Part shown: positions 52,341-64,000 of the stretch, piece after piece | Position numbering within the stretch: the first letter of the stretch is position 1 | Layout of the letters: each line of letters starts with the position of its first letter | Assembly: GCA_034226945.1 (NCBI GenBank) | Contig: CP120457.1 | Span: 186,001-250,000, forward strand | Direction of reading: 5' to 3' | Length of the DNA stretch: 64,000 bases | Source of the DNA: Picochlorum sp. SENEW3 | Taxonomy: Eukaryota | Program-made: the position numbers and the translations under genes | Notes under the pieces: generated by a model | Databases searched by the model: none | What the model saw: only the letters and a program-made list of their open reading frames with translations | Told to the model about the DNA's origin: nothing

Positions 52341-54503
52341 ATGGAGAATAGTGGTTCGAGAGAGGGCTCTTCGTATGGTGGTGGTTGGAAGTATCCTACG
52401 TCTCCTGTGCAGTCATTGGATAAAAAAGGACATGGGTCCTCATTGGCGTTGGCAGCACTCGCTGAGGCGAACGCCAGCATGGCATCATCAGAGGGTCTTC
52501 ATATAGGAATGATGAGCAGCCCTGACTATTCAAGGAATCAAGTTTTTGGTTTTGGTCGACATGATGGTGGTGGTCCGTTTGCATCTGCATTTCACAATGA
52601 AGAAGATGAGCAGTGTGATACGATTTCTGATAAAGTCACGGTGCACAAAGTGGATGTGGCTGTTCGGATGGGATATTCTTGTAGGAAAGGGGAGAAGGGG
52701 GTGGAGGTGGAGGTGGGAGCGTGCGAGAGTGAAGTGGTCTCTGTCATGGGATTTGCAGGCAATCCTTCCATCACCTTTGTTGGAGTTTTTGAGGGTCATG
52801 GTGAGTATGGCCGTCATGTTGCGTTGCTTGTAGCGTCCTTTGTGACCAAATATTTAGAAAAAAGTCTTAAACAGATGGGCTTGTTGAGCGATGAAGGAGT
52901 CAAGGAAGCTTTGCATGATGTTTCTAGTGCTGCAAACAAGCACCTCATCTCGTCAGGTATTGATGTGTCGGCTAGTGGCAGCACGGCATGTTTTGGACTT
53001 CTTTTGTCAGATAAAGCATTTGTTGCTAGTATTGGAAATGCTCGATGTCTTGTTGTGTCGGATGATGCTTTGGGCAGAAGCCTTGTGGTGGAGAAGATTT
53101 CATGTGATGCAAACCCTAGCTCACCTGTGGAATTGGAACGAATACAAAATGCTGGAGGAATTGTTGGTCGATTTGAGAATGAAGATGGGATTCCGTATGG
53201 ATCTCTGAGAATATTTAAGGATGGAAGTAAAGTTGTCCCAGGCGTGACCTCGTCTAGGATACTTGGGCATGAATCTGCACATTCTTGTGGCGCTGTTGCT
53301 GAACCTCTTGTTTGCGAGTATACTTTGAATGATAGGAATAAAGTTGTTATTTTTGCCACAGAAGGAACATGGAATGCAATCCAAGACGAGGATGCTGCGA
53401 GAGTTGTGGCTCAGTTTGGAAAGTATCCTGTGGATGGTCTCACTGCTGCCGACTTGCTGAGTCATTTTGCTCAGAGTGCAAGCGAGCAGAAAAATACAGA
53501 TGAAGAGATATCAGACGTTGCATTGGCAGTCATATATATGGGCACTTCGTTTGCCACAGCAAAGCCTTCCAAGGATCTGCATGAAATGGATCTTGCTGTG
53601 TTTGCTGCTGCAACCTGCAATGAAGATGCATGCATGTCTTCCAGAGAGCTGCAATATGCTGGTTGTATGGGTGAACAGAAATCAGCGGCCGATCGAACGT
53701 TTGTATTGCTGGAGACTTTGTGTCATTTGAATGAAAAGGAAATGTTTGAGATTAGTGAAAGGACGTCAAGTTTGACACTTGCTATGAGACGAGAGTCTGA
53801 GGATTTACCAAATGCGCGCCAACCTGGCAGTACTTCTGAAGGAACCAGGCAGCCTAGCTTCGCGAGAGGGTCACAAGATGATACTTTTATTCCATCCCAA
53901 GCCATCGGGGTTCCTATATCGAAAGTTCGGATCAATTCGCAAAAGGCACATCAATCAGCACCAATGAGTAGATTGTTATCAGGTGAAGAGGATCTCCCAC
54001 CAATCAGGAAGGCTCATCTGTCGTATATGAATTTAAATGGATCCCTTGAAGGGAATAATTTATATTCTCAAAAGTCTCAGCCCGAAGCCTGGATGTTGGA
54101 TGGCGTGGAAACACCAAGAAGCTCAGATAGCTGTGGATCAGGGTTGAAGGACGAAAAACCTCACAGGGGGGAATTACGCCATGAAGGAAAGGTACACAGA
54201 GGGATCCCGTGCTCTATCTCGTCCGTTGGCTTGCGTCTCTCATCAGACTCGGACGGCAGCATCAATCGCTTGGGTTCACTTGATGAATCGCTGTCCCTTG
54301 GCCTTCGCTCACTGGATATCTCAAGTCCGATAAAGGCTCGCACTGGCAGTGGATCTATTCATAAAGGCGAAGTATCACCATTGCGTCACTCATCATTGTC
54401 AGTGCCAAAAACGTCAAAAGCATTAGAAGGAACCAGTAATAACCAGGGATATCCCATCAGCAGGTCTTTTAGCAACGTCGTGGTGCTCAAGGACTTGCAG
54501 TGA
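52341..54503 (+). CDS. PP2C-fold protein with degenerate catalytic motifs and a long Ser-rich tail
   Basis: GVFEGHG, SGSTA, SIGNAR, ELERIQNAGG, SRILG, FATEGTW align to PP2C motifs. Confidence 0.82.
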   Translation: MENSGSREGSSYGGGWKYPTSPVQSLDKKGHGSSLALAALAEANASMASSEGLHIGMMSSPDYSRNQVFGFGRHDGGGPFASAFHNEEDEQCDTISDKVTVHKVDVAVRMGYSCRKGEKGVEVEVGACESEVVSVMGFAGNPSITFVGVFEGHGEYGRHVALLVASFVTKYLEKSLKQMGLLSDEGVKEALHDVSSAANKHLISSGIDVSASGSTACFGLLLSDKAFVASIGNARCLVVSDDALGRSLVVEKISCDANPSSPVELERIQNAGGIVGRFENEDGIPYGSLRIFKDGSKVVPGVTSSRILGHESAHSCGAVAEPLVCEYTLNDRNKVVIFATEGTWNAIQDEDAARVVAQFGKYPVDGLTAADLLSHFAQSASEQKNTDEEISDVALAVIYMGTSFATAKPSKDLHEMDLAVFAAATCNEDACMSSRELQYAGCMGEQKSAADRTFVLLETLCHLNEKEMFEISERTSSLTLAMRRESEDLPNARQPGSTSEGTRQPSFARGSQDDTFIPSQAIGVPISKVRINSQKAHQSAPMSRLLSGEEDLPPIRKAHLSYMNLNGSLEGNNLYSQKSQPEAWMLDGVETPRSSDSCGSGLKDEKPHRGELRHEGKVHRGIPCSISSVGLRLSSDSDGSINRLGSLDESLSLGLRSLDISSPIKARTGSGSIHKGEVSPLRHSSLSVPKTSKALEGTSNNQGYPISRSFSNVVVLKDLQ

Positions 54504-54571
54504 TACCATGTATAATTATTATACGTCTCATTATATTGTTTGTTTGTTTCGTGTTACAATATTGATATGGA

Positions 54572-56377
54572 TCACATATTTTCGAAATTCATGACATTGA
54601 GTGCTTGCAGCTGTCGAAGCTCCGATTCTGTGATGCCCAGCAAACAGTCGAACGATGCTCTCGTAACAAGTGGCTGAAGAATATCACTCAAATCCATCGG
54701 CTTATGGATCATCCTTTTCCACGTCTCATTCGACTTCTCATACACGTCTCCACCAAATACACTCTTGAAAACATGCGCAATCTGCTCCTCTCCAACATCC
54801 CGAGACACTGCAGCATCAAATGCCTCACAAAAGCTAGATGCAACACTATGCAGCATCCTCTCTCCTGCAAGACTCAAACTCCTCGCCGCATTATCAGGTT
54901 CCATCTCAAATGGATCTCGAATATACAGATGATATGCTCTGTATGTATCCATATCGTATTCATACGTGAATGCTGCATCCCAGCAATCAATCCTTAAATT
55001 CTGCATCAGAGAATCGGTCCTAATTGTACGCGGCATTGGTGGCAGCGAATCAGAATCAGAACTATGCGGCGATTTTGGCATCACGAATAGTATATCATCA
55101 GGGTCGAACCCAGGATACTTGTTCGTGTAAAAATCTTTCTGCAGCCCCGTGAAGTGTTTCACAAACCTCACAAATGTGACAAACAACTCTGACAGAGTTT
55201 CCCTGTTCCTTGGCCTTTTACCTGACTCTCTATCTTTCACGAAATCAACAGCATATGACTGAAATTCTTTAATATACCGACGCATTCTCTCTCGAAAACG
55301 AGAAAGCGACTGGTCCCCATCATTCTCAATGGGTCTACGTGATCCTCCCTCTGCCAACGGCACCACGTCCAACCTCGGCAACACAGGCACAGGCCGAGTT
55401 TGTAAATGAAATAGCACCAATAGCTTGAGCGTATACGAATTCAGCATACCATGAGGAGCATCAACAAGTCCGTGATGCTCTGCCCACAGTTTCACCAACC
55501 TCACAAGTGCCAAATATTTGCTATCAATACTGCCAAGAATGGCCAGAATTGTAGATTTGAACCGAAACGATTCACCCCCAACAATCACATCACAATGAAC
55601 ACCAGTGACAGAATCAGTATAATGAAACACCGGAACCCGAGCATATATAATTCTCTCCAAATCCTTTGCCACAGCAGAGGAAATCAGGCTATCTGCAAGT
55701 TCATGCAGAAATTTCTGCTTTGAAAACCTCGCCACATCGGCCAACCTCCCCTCCTCCCCCACGCCATCCCATGTATTTTTAGGAGCATCATCAATCTTTC
55801 CATCAATGCATATATCTAAATCAGCCTTGCGATTATGCATCCCACATGACGTTGAGCCAAACGCATAGCACACAAGCTGACTGCATGAGACGGGTCCAAA
55901 TTCATACATACGATTGAGAATCGCCTGCAAACGATCCAAACATTTGGAATGGTTCTCACTTAATCCTTTGCACGTCTCATTCCGAAGCAATGCGTATAAT
56001 AAATAGTCCATGGCCGTCAGAACCACTGCCTTGCTCTCTACTCCACTGCTCGACTCTGCCTGTGCCTTCAACGACTCATTCAAGAACTCCACAGCCTCTG
56101 ATCCAGCTCCATAATCATCCATGCTGGTATATTCCCGTACAATTGTCATATCGTGGCACCCATACTCACCAGAAGCCAACAGCAAGGCATCGCCAAGAAT
56201 TTCCCTGTGATGAAACGGATCGACCGTCTCATCGGTTAGAATTTCAGGTAAAGAGTGTATTATATATACCTACAGGAGCATGGAGTCATCGATTGAGGCA
56301 AATCATGTCCGTGGAATATGTATGATCGAGTTCAAATTACGCAGGAGGAAGACCAAAAATACCTGTGGGAGCGGCAT
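54572..56377 (-). CDS. Non-canonical poly(A)/terminal uridylyltransferase (HESO1/URT1-like); probable exons 56377-56363 and 56269-54572
   Basis: FGS...ADLDIC, ARVPV, LVKLWA, GMLNSYTL, IRDPFE...NAARS. The 5' exon is tentative. Confidence 0.85.
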
Positions 56378-58684
56378 CCGATTTCTTCTTCTGCCAATTC
56401 GATACTACCAAATACTCTTTCCCGTCATTTCACCAGAATATAAAAATACAAAGCACTCTTGCTTGCATGTGTTGCTATAAAAACATTCCCGCGATGCTGT
56501 CTTTGAGTACCTGCCTTTCATCGGGATCTGTGTCTTGATTTCAAATTTCGTACATAGATTCGAGGATTCGTTCGGGGGCGTCTCTGGACCGACCAGCCTC
56601 ATGCGAGATGGGATGGTGCAGCCCATGTGTTTGGACGTATGGTTTGATGCGGATACTTCAAAAATTTGGACATACACAGATGGTTCCAAAGCTACGGGCT
56701 GTTTGCTTGTGGACTTGAACATGAGACAGGGTAGTTTGAGGACATATGTTGGTCGTTGCCGACGGAAGAGGTGCTCGAAATGCGTGGCAGGTGTGTTGAC
56801 CAACAGAGAATTGTAGCCAGGTCTGTAGAAGTTCGAGTGTGCACCGATATTGAAGGCAGTGCCATGTCCCTAGTCCCTAGGCAGTTACAGAAAACTATAT
56901 CATTATAATGGATCAAATATATGGTCTATGTGATTCAACGTCCCCACGGCAATTAACAGTGCAATTTGTTTTCTCTGTATTGGGCAGGAGGCTAGTATCA
57001 GATGTCTTGTGGAGCACTCATCACCGTTCTCTTGCTCTTAAGCGCCTTTAATTCCTTTCATCATACTATATATGGTTGTTCAGTCCTTTGATCGGTGTTG
57101 TCTTTTTCGTATATCAGCGTTTGGTCGCAGTATCCGTGATACATCTGAGATCCTTTGAGGTACCTGAGAGTTGCTCACTTCCAGTCATACCTTTCCTTGC
57201 AATGCTTGGTGTGCATCAATCCGGTATCCTTCACTGCTAGAGAATGCTCTATTCTTTCTTATAGGCGAATCTCTTGGCGCTTTGGTCGCTGTTTTATTTT
57301 CTTGAATCTTCTTGCCTTCTATTTCCCACTGTATGGATGTATGTCATTCCAACCTATACCTTCCTTTTGTTTCGGCAGATCTTCGTGATCCTTTTGTTTT
57401 ATCTCATATGATCGGTAAATATAATACTGGTTTTTGTGTGCTGAGAGGTCAATTGAAGGTATGGAGTAAACTGGAGGTGCTGAAAGTGAGCTATGGTTGG
57501 TGCCATAATTCCTGATATTTGTCGACTGCTTCCTGACTTGATAATCTGCCTCAAAGTGATTTCTTGTGGTTGATGCCAGCTTGGAATCAACAGTCTTCTG
57601 GATTCCTTGGACACAAGGACTTTGTGAGGCCGGATCAATAACAACAATACGATCGTGGCATTCTGATTGTCCCATTGTCCCCCTCATATGATTTGAGAAT
57701 TCTCAATTGGGACTGATTTTGTAAAGCGATCCTGCATTTCAAATCCACCATTTATTGTCTTCAAATTAATTCCATTTGAGATGCTAGTGCTACCCTACTA
57801 TCCGATATATCCTACTCTGTCTCAGTGTACACATAGCGAACTTGGAAATTGGATTAGACAACAGACAGGTCCTCTTTCAACGGAGCGTCAGGTCCAGCAC
57901 AGACGAGACACGAGTCTTCAATCAATAGGATCGAAGCAAGGATGCTATGAATGGGGTCACAATGGCTATCTCACCTGAAACACTCGCTTGGCTGTCAACC
58001 CTTGGTGGGTACAAAAAAAATTAGACCCAGATCCACATTTGTTAGCAGGTCTCAGTTTCCTTCTCCCTATCAGATTCCACACTCAATAAACTCAGCCATG
58101 GAAATGAGTCCCAACGGAAGCAATATTGATGGTATCAATATGCTAAAAAGTTGCATCCCGTGAGAAAGGGCACAGGTAGATTCTTGATGCCCTACAGTTG
58201 AGACGAAAACCTTCATCTGGTGGTCCCTGCTGATAATAATTCAGATCCGGCCACTCTTTTGGACGGTGTTGATTCATTCTCTGCATGCTAAATGCACTCA
58301 TGAACCGACTTTTTCATCTATACCATGAAAATATTTGATTTTTGCAACAGTTGGACCAGTCAAAAAAGCCATCTGTTCTGGAGGAATACATGTATAACTT
58401 TGTGGTCTAATGCAATTCCCCCCGAATTTGATCATACGCGCCGGGCTCAAAGAATCCGGGCTGCCTGATTTTGGTCTTGGAGGTCGATGAGTAAAATATC
58501 GGGACATATATTGGTCGGGGCGGACGGAGGACATGCTCTGAATGCAGGGCAGTTGTGTTGACTGACAAAGTGTTCACAGGACAGCACCCTCTCATGCACC
58601 TCATGAGAATCAGTGCCATGTCAGTAACCATTTGCTTTTTGAGGATTATACTGATCACTCTGAACATGAGCAATTGCATCGAAT

Positions 58685-58890
58685 CTTCCCTCATCTCTTT
58701 AGATGTTGATGAAATGCTCTTAGGTGCTCTCTGATGTTCTTAGAGCTTTGTCAGGTGTTTTCAGATGATCTTGGATGTTCCCAAGAGCTCATCAAATGCT
58801 CCCAGATGTTGATCACATGTTCTCTGATGATCTTAGATGTTTGTTGAATGTCCATGAAATATTGATCTGATGTTCTCAGAGATTCTGAGA
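58685..58890. repeat. Degenerate short-period tandem repeat (GATGTTCTC / GATGATCTT-like units)
   Basis: Recurrent gatgtt, tgttctc, gatgatctt and gctc units at short regular spacing. Confidence 0.6.
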
Positions 58891-59707
58891 GGTCCTTGTT
58901 CATTAAATCTTCTTTCATCTTCTTTGGCACTGCTGTTTCCGTAATAAGTTGGGGGCACTCTGGGGAGTGGGTCGATCGAGCGAATTGGCCGGCCCACCGA
59001 AGGCCGCGACAGGTGAAGAAGGCTGGTTTCGGAGGTGTCGGCACCTCGCCTTTGCGGCGCTGGGCCGCCCGGCAGGAACGCCCGTTGCCGCCCGGACCGT
59101 AGCCCAGCCCAGTTTTTTTGGAATATCTTTTCGTCGGGGGCCGAGCGAGGAAATTTCGGGGCCTGGCGAGGGAGCGATTTTCGGCCCATTTCCGGAAATC
59201 GCGCACATCGGCGGACACCGCCCCTCGCTCCCGGCACCTCCGCCGGCGAGAAATGCAAAATCTCGCAGCCACGGACGCAAATATTCGATCGGGAGGATCT
59301 TTTGCTCGGAATAGATTCCGCGGTGGCCGCCGCGATTTAAAGAAAATCCCGATTTTTTTATGGTTACAGCAGAAATCCTTAATCTACGCATCGCAATTAC
59401 CAATGCTTCGCTTGACGAACTCCTCCGGTGGGCGGACGGTTGCAACCGTCGTTCCGAATCCATCGCGATGGAGAATCTCCATTGGAGATCCGGATCCGGA
59501 TGGAGATCCCAAGCGATTCTACGGCAAAGACCTTGTCATGCATATGGCGAAGAGAGATTGGTAATTGGTTGTATAGACATTTAACAACTGACAATTTGAC
59601 TATTTGCCGCATAAAAGTTGACATCTTGCCGAACCTGTGACTGTTCTTGTCTCCTTTCGCAGCGGAGATCTAGTTGGTTGACGAGGGAAACCAACCTGAT
59701 ATGCCTC

Positions 59708-60712
59708 ATGGAAAACCACGGACACAATAATCTACACTATAGTGATAATCACTTTGTCGCGAATGAAGGTACGCTTCATGAAGGGAATCCGGTGACGTTT
59801 CCAGACTCGCAAGAGCGATATCACCGGGGAGAGGGACTTGCGCAAGTTGAGTCTTTTGCTCCAATTTTAACCCGCCTAGATTCGATGGAACAAAAGTTGG
59901 AGAACTTATCTAAACTTGAGGGGATTCTTGAAGCTGTTAAAGGAACGAATCACCTCTACCAGGAGTTGCACGGCAAGATGGAAAAAATGGTCGAGGAACA
60001 GAGTCAAACAGCTCAGGCAACCCACACAGAGATCTCGGAACTCGTAGCTAGGCACAGACAAGGCTCTCAAGACATTATAGAGGTAATTCGGGATGTCTCT
60101 TCGTGTATCAGGGTAGAGAATCGTGAGGTAAACGACGATCCCCCTCAAGGTGCTACAGAGACAGCCATGGTGGCAGGGACAGAGATGCCTGGGCCATCTT
60201 CAGGTACAGCATTGCAGCCTAAAGACACCAATATTGATGAGAACCATGACGATCAACCGTCTCAAATAACGCCAGAAGACTATATCGAAGATCAACTAGA
60301 GACATTAAAGGAAATCTTTGAGAGAAAGGTGGGAGAGAAAAGGCTGAAATATAAGACAGCAGGATTAGCTTTACAGTCAAAAATGGCTGAAAAAGATTTG
60401 AATAAGAATAATACAATTCGCACAGAGTATACGTGGTTCGATAAATTCTTGTTTGAGAAGGGCTATGTTGCAAAGACAAAGAAGAGAGACGATAAAAAAA
60501 CGATTGTAAACTCTTACAGGAAGGTAGCAGATCCGGATTTTGACATTGATAATGGTCTTACCCACTTCAACAGCGTGTATAGAAATGATATTAAACCTCT
60601 TGAAGAAGATGCAGCGCTCGCAAAAATAAATGGCAAAGAGGTTGATTACAAAAAGATATGGGAATTTCGTTTGGAACAGATAAAGAAGAACAAAGAGTAT
60701 TATCATCAATAA
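59708..60712 (+). CDS. Orphan ORF: coiled-coil, low-complexity linker, Lys-rich C-terminal domain
   Basis: Open frame of about 1 kb with protein-like composition; no motif recognised. Confidence 0.55.
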   Translation: MENHGHNNLHYSDNHFVANEGTLHEGNPVTFPDSQERYHRGEGLAQVESFAPILTRLDSMEQKLENLSKLEGILEAVKGTNHLYQELHGKMEKMVEEQSQTAQATHTEISELVARHRQGSQDIIEVIRDVSSCIRVENREVNDDPPQGATETAMVAGTEMPGPSSGTALQPKDTNIDENHDDQPSQITPEDYIEDQLETLKEIFERKVGEKRLKYKTAGLALQSKMAEKDLNKNNTIRTEYTWFDKFLFEKGYVAKTKKRDDKKTIVNSYRKVADPDFDIDNGLTHFNSVYRNDIKPLEEDAALAKINGKEVDYKKIWEFRLEQIKKNKEYYHQ

Positions 60713-60803
60713 TGGTTTCAGTCTAATGGAAACTGGTGGTTGCTCACTGTTCCCAGTGATTGTACCCTTTAAGTATGTGCACCTAAATCTTCTTTCTACT
60801 GTC

Positions 60804-61870
60804 TCACTCTTGGAGACGTAACTTCTTTTTGAGGTCATTTAGTTGTTTCAACAGTTCTCCTTTTTTCTTTGCTATTAGGTCCTGATTCTGTTCCTTTACA
60901 GACCTGACTTTGTCGCTTAAGGTTTCTACCTCCTGGCGTATCTTTCCAACGTTCTGATCTATAATATCTTTGGCGTCGTTAATCCTCTTCTGAGCAGCGC
61001 GATGCCGCTTCTTGGGAGGTTCTTGATCACCATATTTTTGCGTTTTTGACTCTTGATCCATCATTGTCACTGAAACCTGCACCATTAAATATAAATGCTT
61101 CAAATCACCGTATCATCATTATTTCAGAAAATATTAGTTAATAGAACAAGCAAGCGAATACTCACGTAGGAGTCCGTGTTTTTTATGAACTCCTCCAAAA
61201 TATCTCTGGCTGCATCACAACGAACATGTGTCCAAGCATTCAATACCTCATCAGGGCTCTTCGAAGCATCGATTGCCTTACAAAATGACATGATTGCCTC
61301 TCCAATACGAGTCTCTGACCTAAAGCCTTCCTGAGTAAACATCATTTTCGCATGATACAGAGATTGGACCACACGCAACCTCTCAACACAACCTTCCTCT
61401 GTGACATATTCCGAATTCTTAAGTGTTGGCTCTTTACAGACACATGCTTCCTTTCTCCATTTATCTTTTGTCCTCGTATCCGTTCCTTCCCAAGAGTTAT
61501 TGGCTGCGTATTTATGCACGGAAGCATGGTTTGTCTCATCCAGTTTTTTCAGTTCTCTGAGGAAGAAACTATCTCCTGTTACAACATCATATTCCCTTGT
61601 TGAGCCAATCCTACCCAACCAGCATAGAAATTTCTCAAAATAATTGATTAAATTTGCGGAGTTATCATATGACAGATGAAACGCCGCTGCCTTGCACAAA
61701 TTAAAGCCGAAATTTTTCGCAGTGTTCGTATGATCTCTCAGCCTTTTGTCGATTTTGTCTTTACTCTGACCTGCTTTGCTACCATAATGTTTACCATTCT
61801 CTACTGTGAAGCAAATAGTATATAAATGCCCATTATCGCCTTCGGTTGTTCCCCGGGACGTGGACGCCAT
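60804..61870 (-). CDS. Orphan protein with N-terminal GIY-YIG/T5orf172-like segment and C-terminal NLS/coiled coil; exons 61870-61166 and 61076-60804
   Basis: LYTICF...SKAGQSKDKIDKRLRDH pattern. An in-frame GTGAGT...TGCAG intron joins two ORFs of the track. PPKKRHR is NLS-like. Confidence 0.55.
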
Positions 61871-62500
61871 TGTGTTGACTTAACTACTAGGATACACGTA
61901 TGATGGTATAATAGTTGTTGATTTAGATCTGATTTGTGAGGCCGGCTCAAGTCGACTGTGGGATTTCTATTTGCCCCACCCACAGGATTTTCACCCATAG
62001 GTAGGCTTGGGGCCTCGCCCTATTTCAGGTCCACCCTATCGGTCAAATATGCCCTATGATAGGGTAGGGTAGGGTGGAAAATTTTTTTGGCAAAGGGTCC
62101 TATCAAAGAACAAATTTGATGGGACACCTGGATTGAGTGTTGGATGGGGAAATCAAACCAAGAAGACCACTCAAACTTATAGGAAATGCTGACAAACCTC
62201 TACAAATGAATATGAGACTTCAATAAGAGCGTCGAAATGTTTCCATGAAAGGGCAAATGATGTCTTAGCCTTGCAGTGTGAAAGATCACATTTTCATCCC
62301 GGTAGTTCGGGAAGAAAGACAATACGAGGCCTTTTCCATGGGTCAAGGTCACTCAGATATGATTGAAATGAGCATATATATCATTTAGAATACTTACATC
62401 AAACTGAATATGGAAGGCATTGATGGAAATAGCGTATAGGTCCACAATAGGGTCAGACCCTATAGGGTTGATACCTATCAACTTCGTGACCTATTATATA

Positions 62501-64000
62501 CAGTCGTCCGAAAAATGATGACCCAAATTCATCGGGAACACCTTCATGAAGTGGAGGTATTTCATTTTTGTGATCACCCAACGCGCCATATCTACCTACC
62601 CACTAGAAATAGACCCTCTAGTCTCTGCTACAGGCATCTACTGGCTCCAATCTATCCATCCGTCCCCAGAAATCGACATTCCACGAGAGGTCAACAATTG
62701 CATCCTGTCTGATTCAGTCAGGCATCACCAGATGTGGTGATGCATCATTAAACCGACACATTCTTGTATTGATCATTCCTTTATTGATTTAAATGGCCTA
62801 AAAGTCAAGATACACTATCTAGATCGCTCATACATAGTTCTGGAGGTGATTTTCTCTGTGCTGCATTTTCAAAATTCTGGTGACATTTTCAAATGGCATC
62901 TGCGAAGATGAGGCGCAGTGAATCTGATTCACGTCGCCAGAATATACATAAAAAGCAAGATAAATCTGGTATAGAAGATTTGAAGACTTGGCAGGAATTA
63001 TATGATGAGGAAGAGGGAAATGAGATCTGTTTCATGCAAAACAAAGGCACGTGGTCCACCAATGATACTATGGTCCAGTGGTTCAAAGAGCATTTCATTC
63101 CACGCGTTCATGTGGCACAAGCAAAGAGGCGATCACAAGGAGAAATCGTATCCAATAAATATGTCGTTCTCCTTGATGGCGTGAGCACCCACTGTCTCAC
63201 GACTTCTTGGATAACAGAGCTTGAGGGACATGATCCTGATCTGATTTTACTTTGGCTTCCTCCCAATATGACGGGTGATCAACAATCCGTGGATGTCAAT
63301 TTCAATAGACCTTTGAAATCCAAATTCAGGCCTATATAGGCAAGTTAGAAAAGAAGAGGAGGGATGTAGATGAGTCCAACCCACTGGTGGACAATACTTC
63401 AAGGGAAAATTCAGCTGCTTATCAATTGAAGGCTGTTATGATCGAGGGGGTCATGCATACATACAAGATAATTCCAGAAATACAAATTGAATGAAAAAGG
63501 ATGGACAAAGGTTGGCAAGTTTGTATACGAGGGTAATGACAAGCCTCATGATGGTTCTGGCTATTACTTAGCATGGGCACAGACACCCAAATTGATGCTA
63601 AAACTCGATATGCCGCAGGAACATTGTTTCACCAATATATGAGTAGTGGTATATCGGATATTATAGGGAATTTATGATTCATTCCCAAGGCTGGAAGGAA
63701 GAAGAAACAGACCAAAGAGAAAGGTACAGACCTGGATCCTGAAGATATGGAGGAAAGCGTTGAAGAGATTGAGGCACGCACTCAACAGTTTCCAGAATAT
63801 GTTACCTCGGACTGTGTCCAGGTGAATTCTTTGAGGAAGAGGCCGCTTATGATATGGTAGTTGACCCCATTTCTGATTGAAGCACTTGACTGGTGGGGGG
63901 TTGGTGGGCCCATATGGCATCTCATACCCAATGACGGCCCCATATCGACTCGAAATCACTGGAATCGATGTAAGATCCCTTTGAATGCCTTCTACTAGGT
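62501..64000 (+). mobile_element. Degenerate pogo/Tc1-mariner-superfamily DNA transposon (DDE_1 transposase remnant)
   Basis: TA|CAGTCGTCC... putative left end at 62501. ORF 62893-63339 has W...WF..., LLDGVSTH, LPPNMT..QSVDVNFNRPLK (DDE_1), truncated by stops. Confidence 0.75.

Noticed and set aside
56535..56816. YTDGSK resembling a retroelement RNase H motif
   Set aside because: Short ORF with no other RNase H or reverse-transcriptase motifs; likely chance.
56400..58680. Possible degraded gene or retroelement fragments
   Set aside because: Only short ORFs; no coherent splice model or recognisable domain.
58751..59640. Several overlapping ORFs in the GC island
   Set aside because: Arg/Pro/Gly-rich frames expected from stop-poor GC-rich DNA; no motifs.
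62060..62077. (TAGGG)3 as an interstitial telomere
   Set aside because: Too short, not the TTTAGGG/TTAGGG unit, and part of the local ATAGGG motif cluster.
1..64000. CRISPR arrays, rRNA genes, prokaryotic operons, and the many antisense/shadow ORFs in the track
   Set aside because: No repeat-spacer arrays or rRNA motifs seen. The DNA is eukaryotic, and the shadow ORFs overlap well-supported genes.

Overview
Gene-dense eukaryotic DNA with short GT-AG introns, very small intergenic spacers and many plastid- or mitochondrion-targeted proteins of plant type. This fits a compact green-algal nuclear genome (Trebouxiophyceae, Picochlorum-like; inference only). Positions 1 to ~56.4 kb hold about 33 housekeeping genes, several only recoverable by splicing, including V-ATPase subunit c, ProDH, an AdoMetDC-ODC fusion, a class II TPS, two tandem papain-family proteases, a TPR-PRMT, a subtilase, ARP4 with a nested SNU13, GRXS16, U2AF35, EB1, PIP5K, RRP5 and a TUTase. 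From ~56.4 kb to the end the region is accessory and repeat-rich: degenerate repeats, a GC island, orphan ORFs (one GIY-YIG-like) and a pogo/DDE_1 transposon remnant. Highlights: (1) a circularly permuted tRNA-Gly(GCC) gene, 3' half before 5' half, at 15212-15297; (2) a ~1.3-kb non-coding, extensively self-complementary element flanked by a 10-bp direct repeat between two divergent genes; (3) a bifunctional AdoMetDC-ODC preceded by an intron-split uORF homologous to the plant polyamine-responsive AdoMetDC uORF; (4) SNU13 nested antisense in an ARP4 intron; (5) RRP5 lacking its C-terminal HAT domain. All splice models and base pairings were derived by eye; no searches or folding programs were run.
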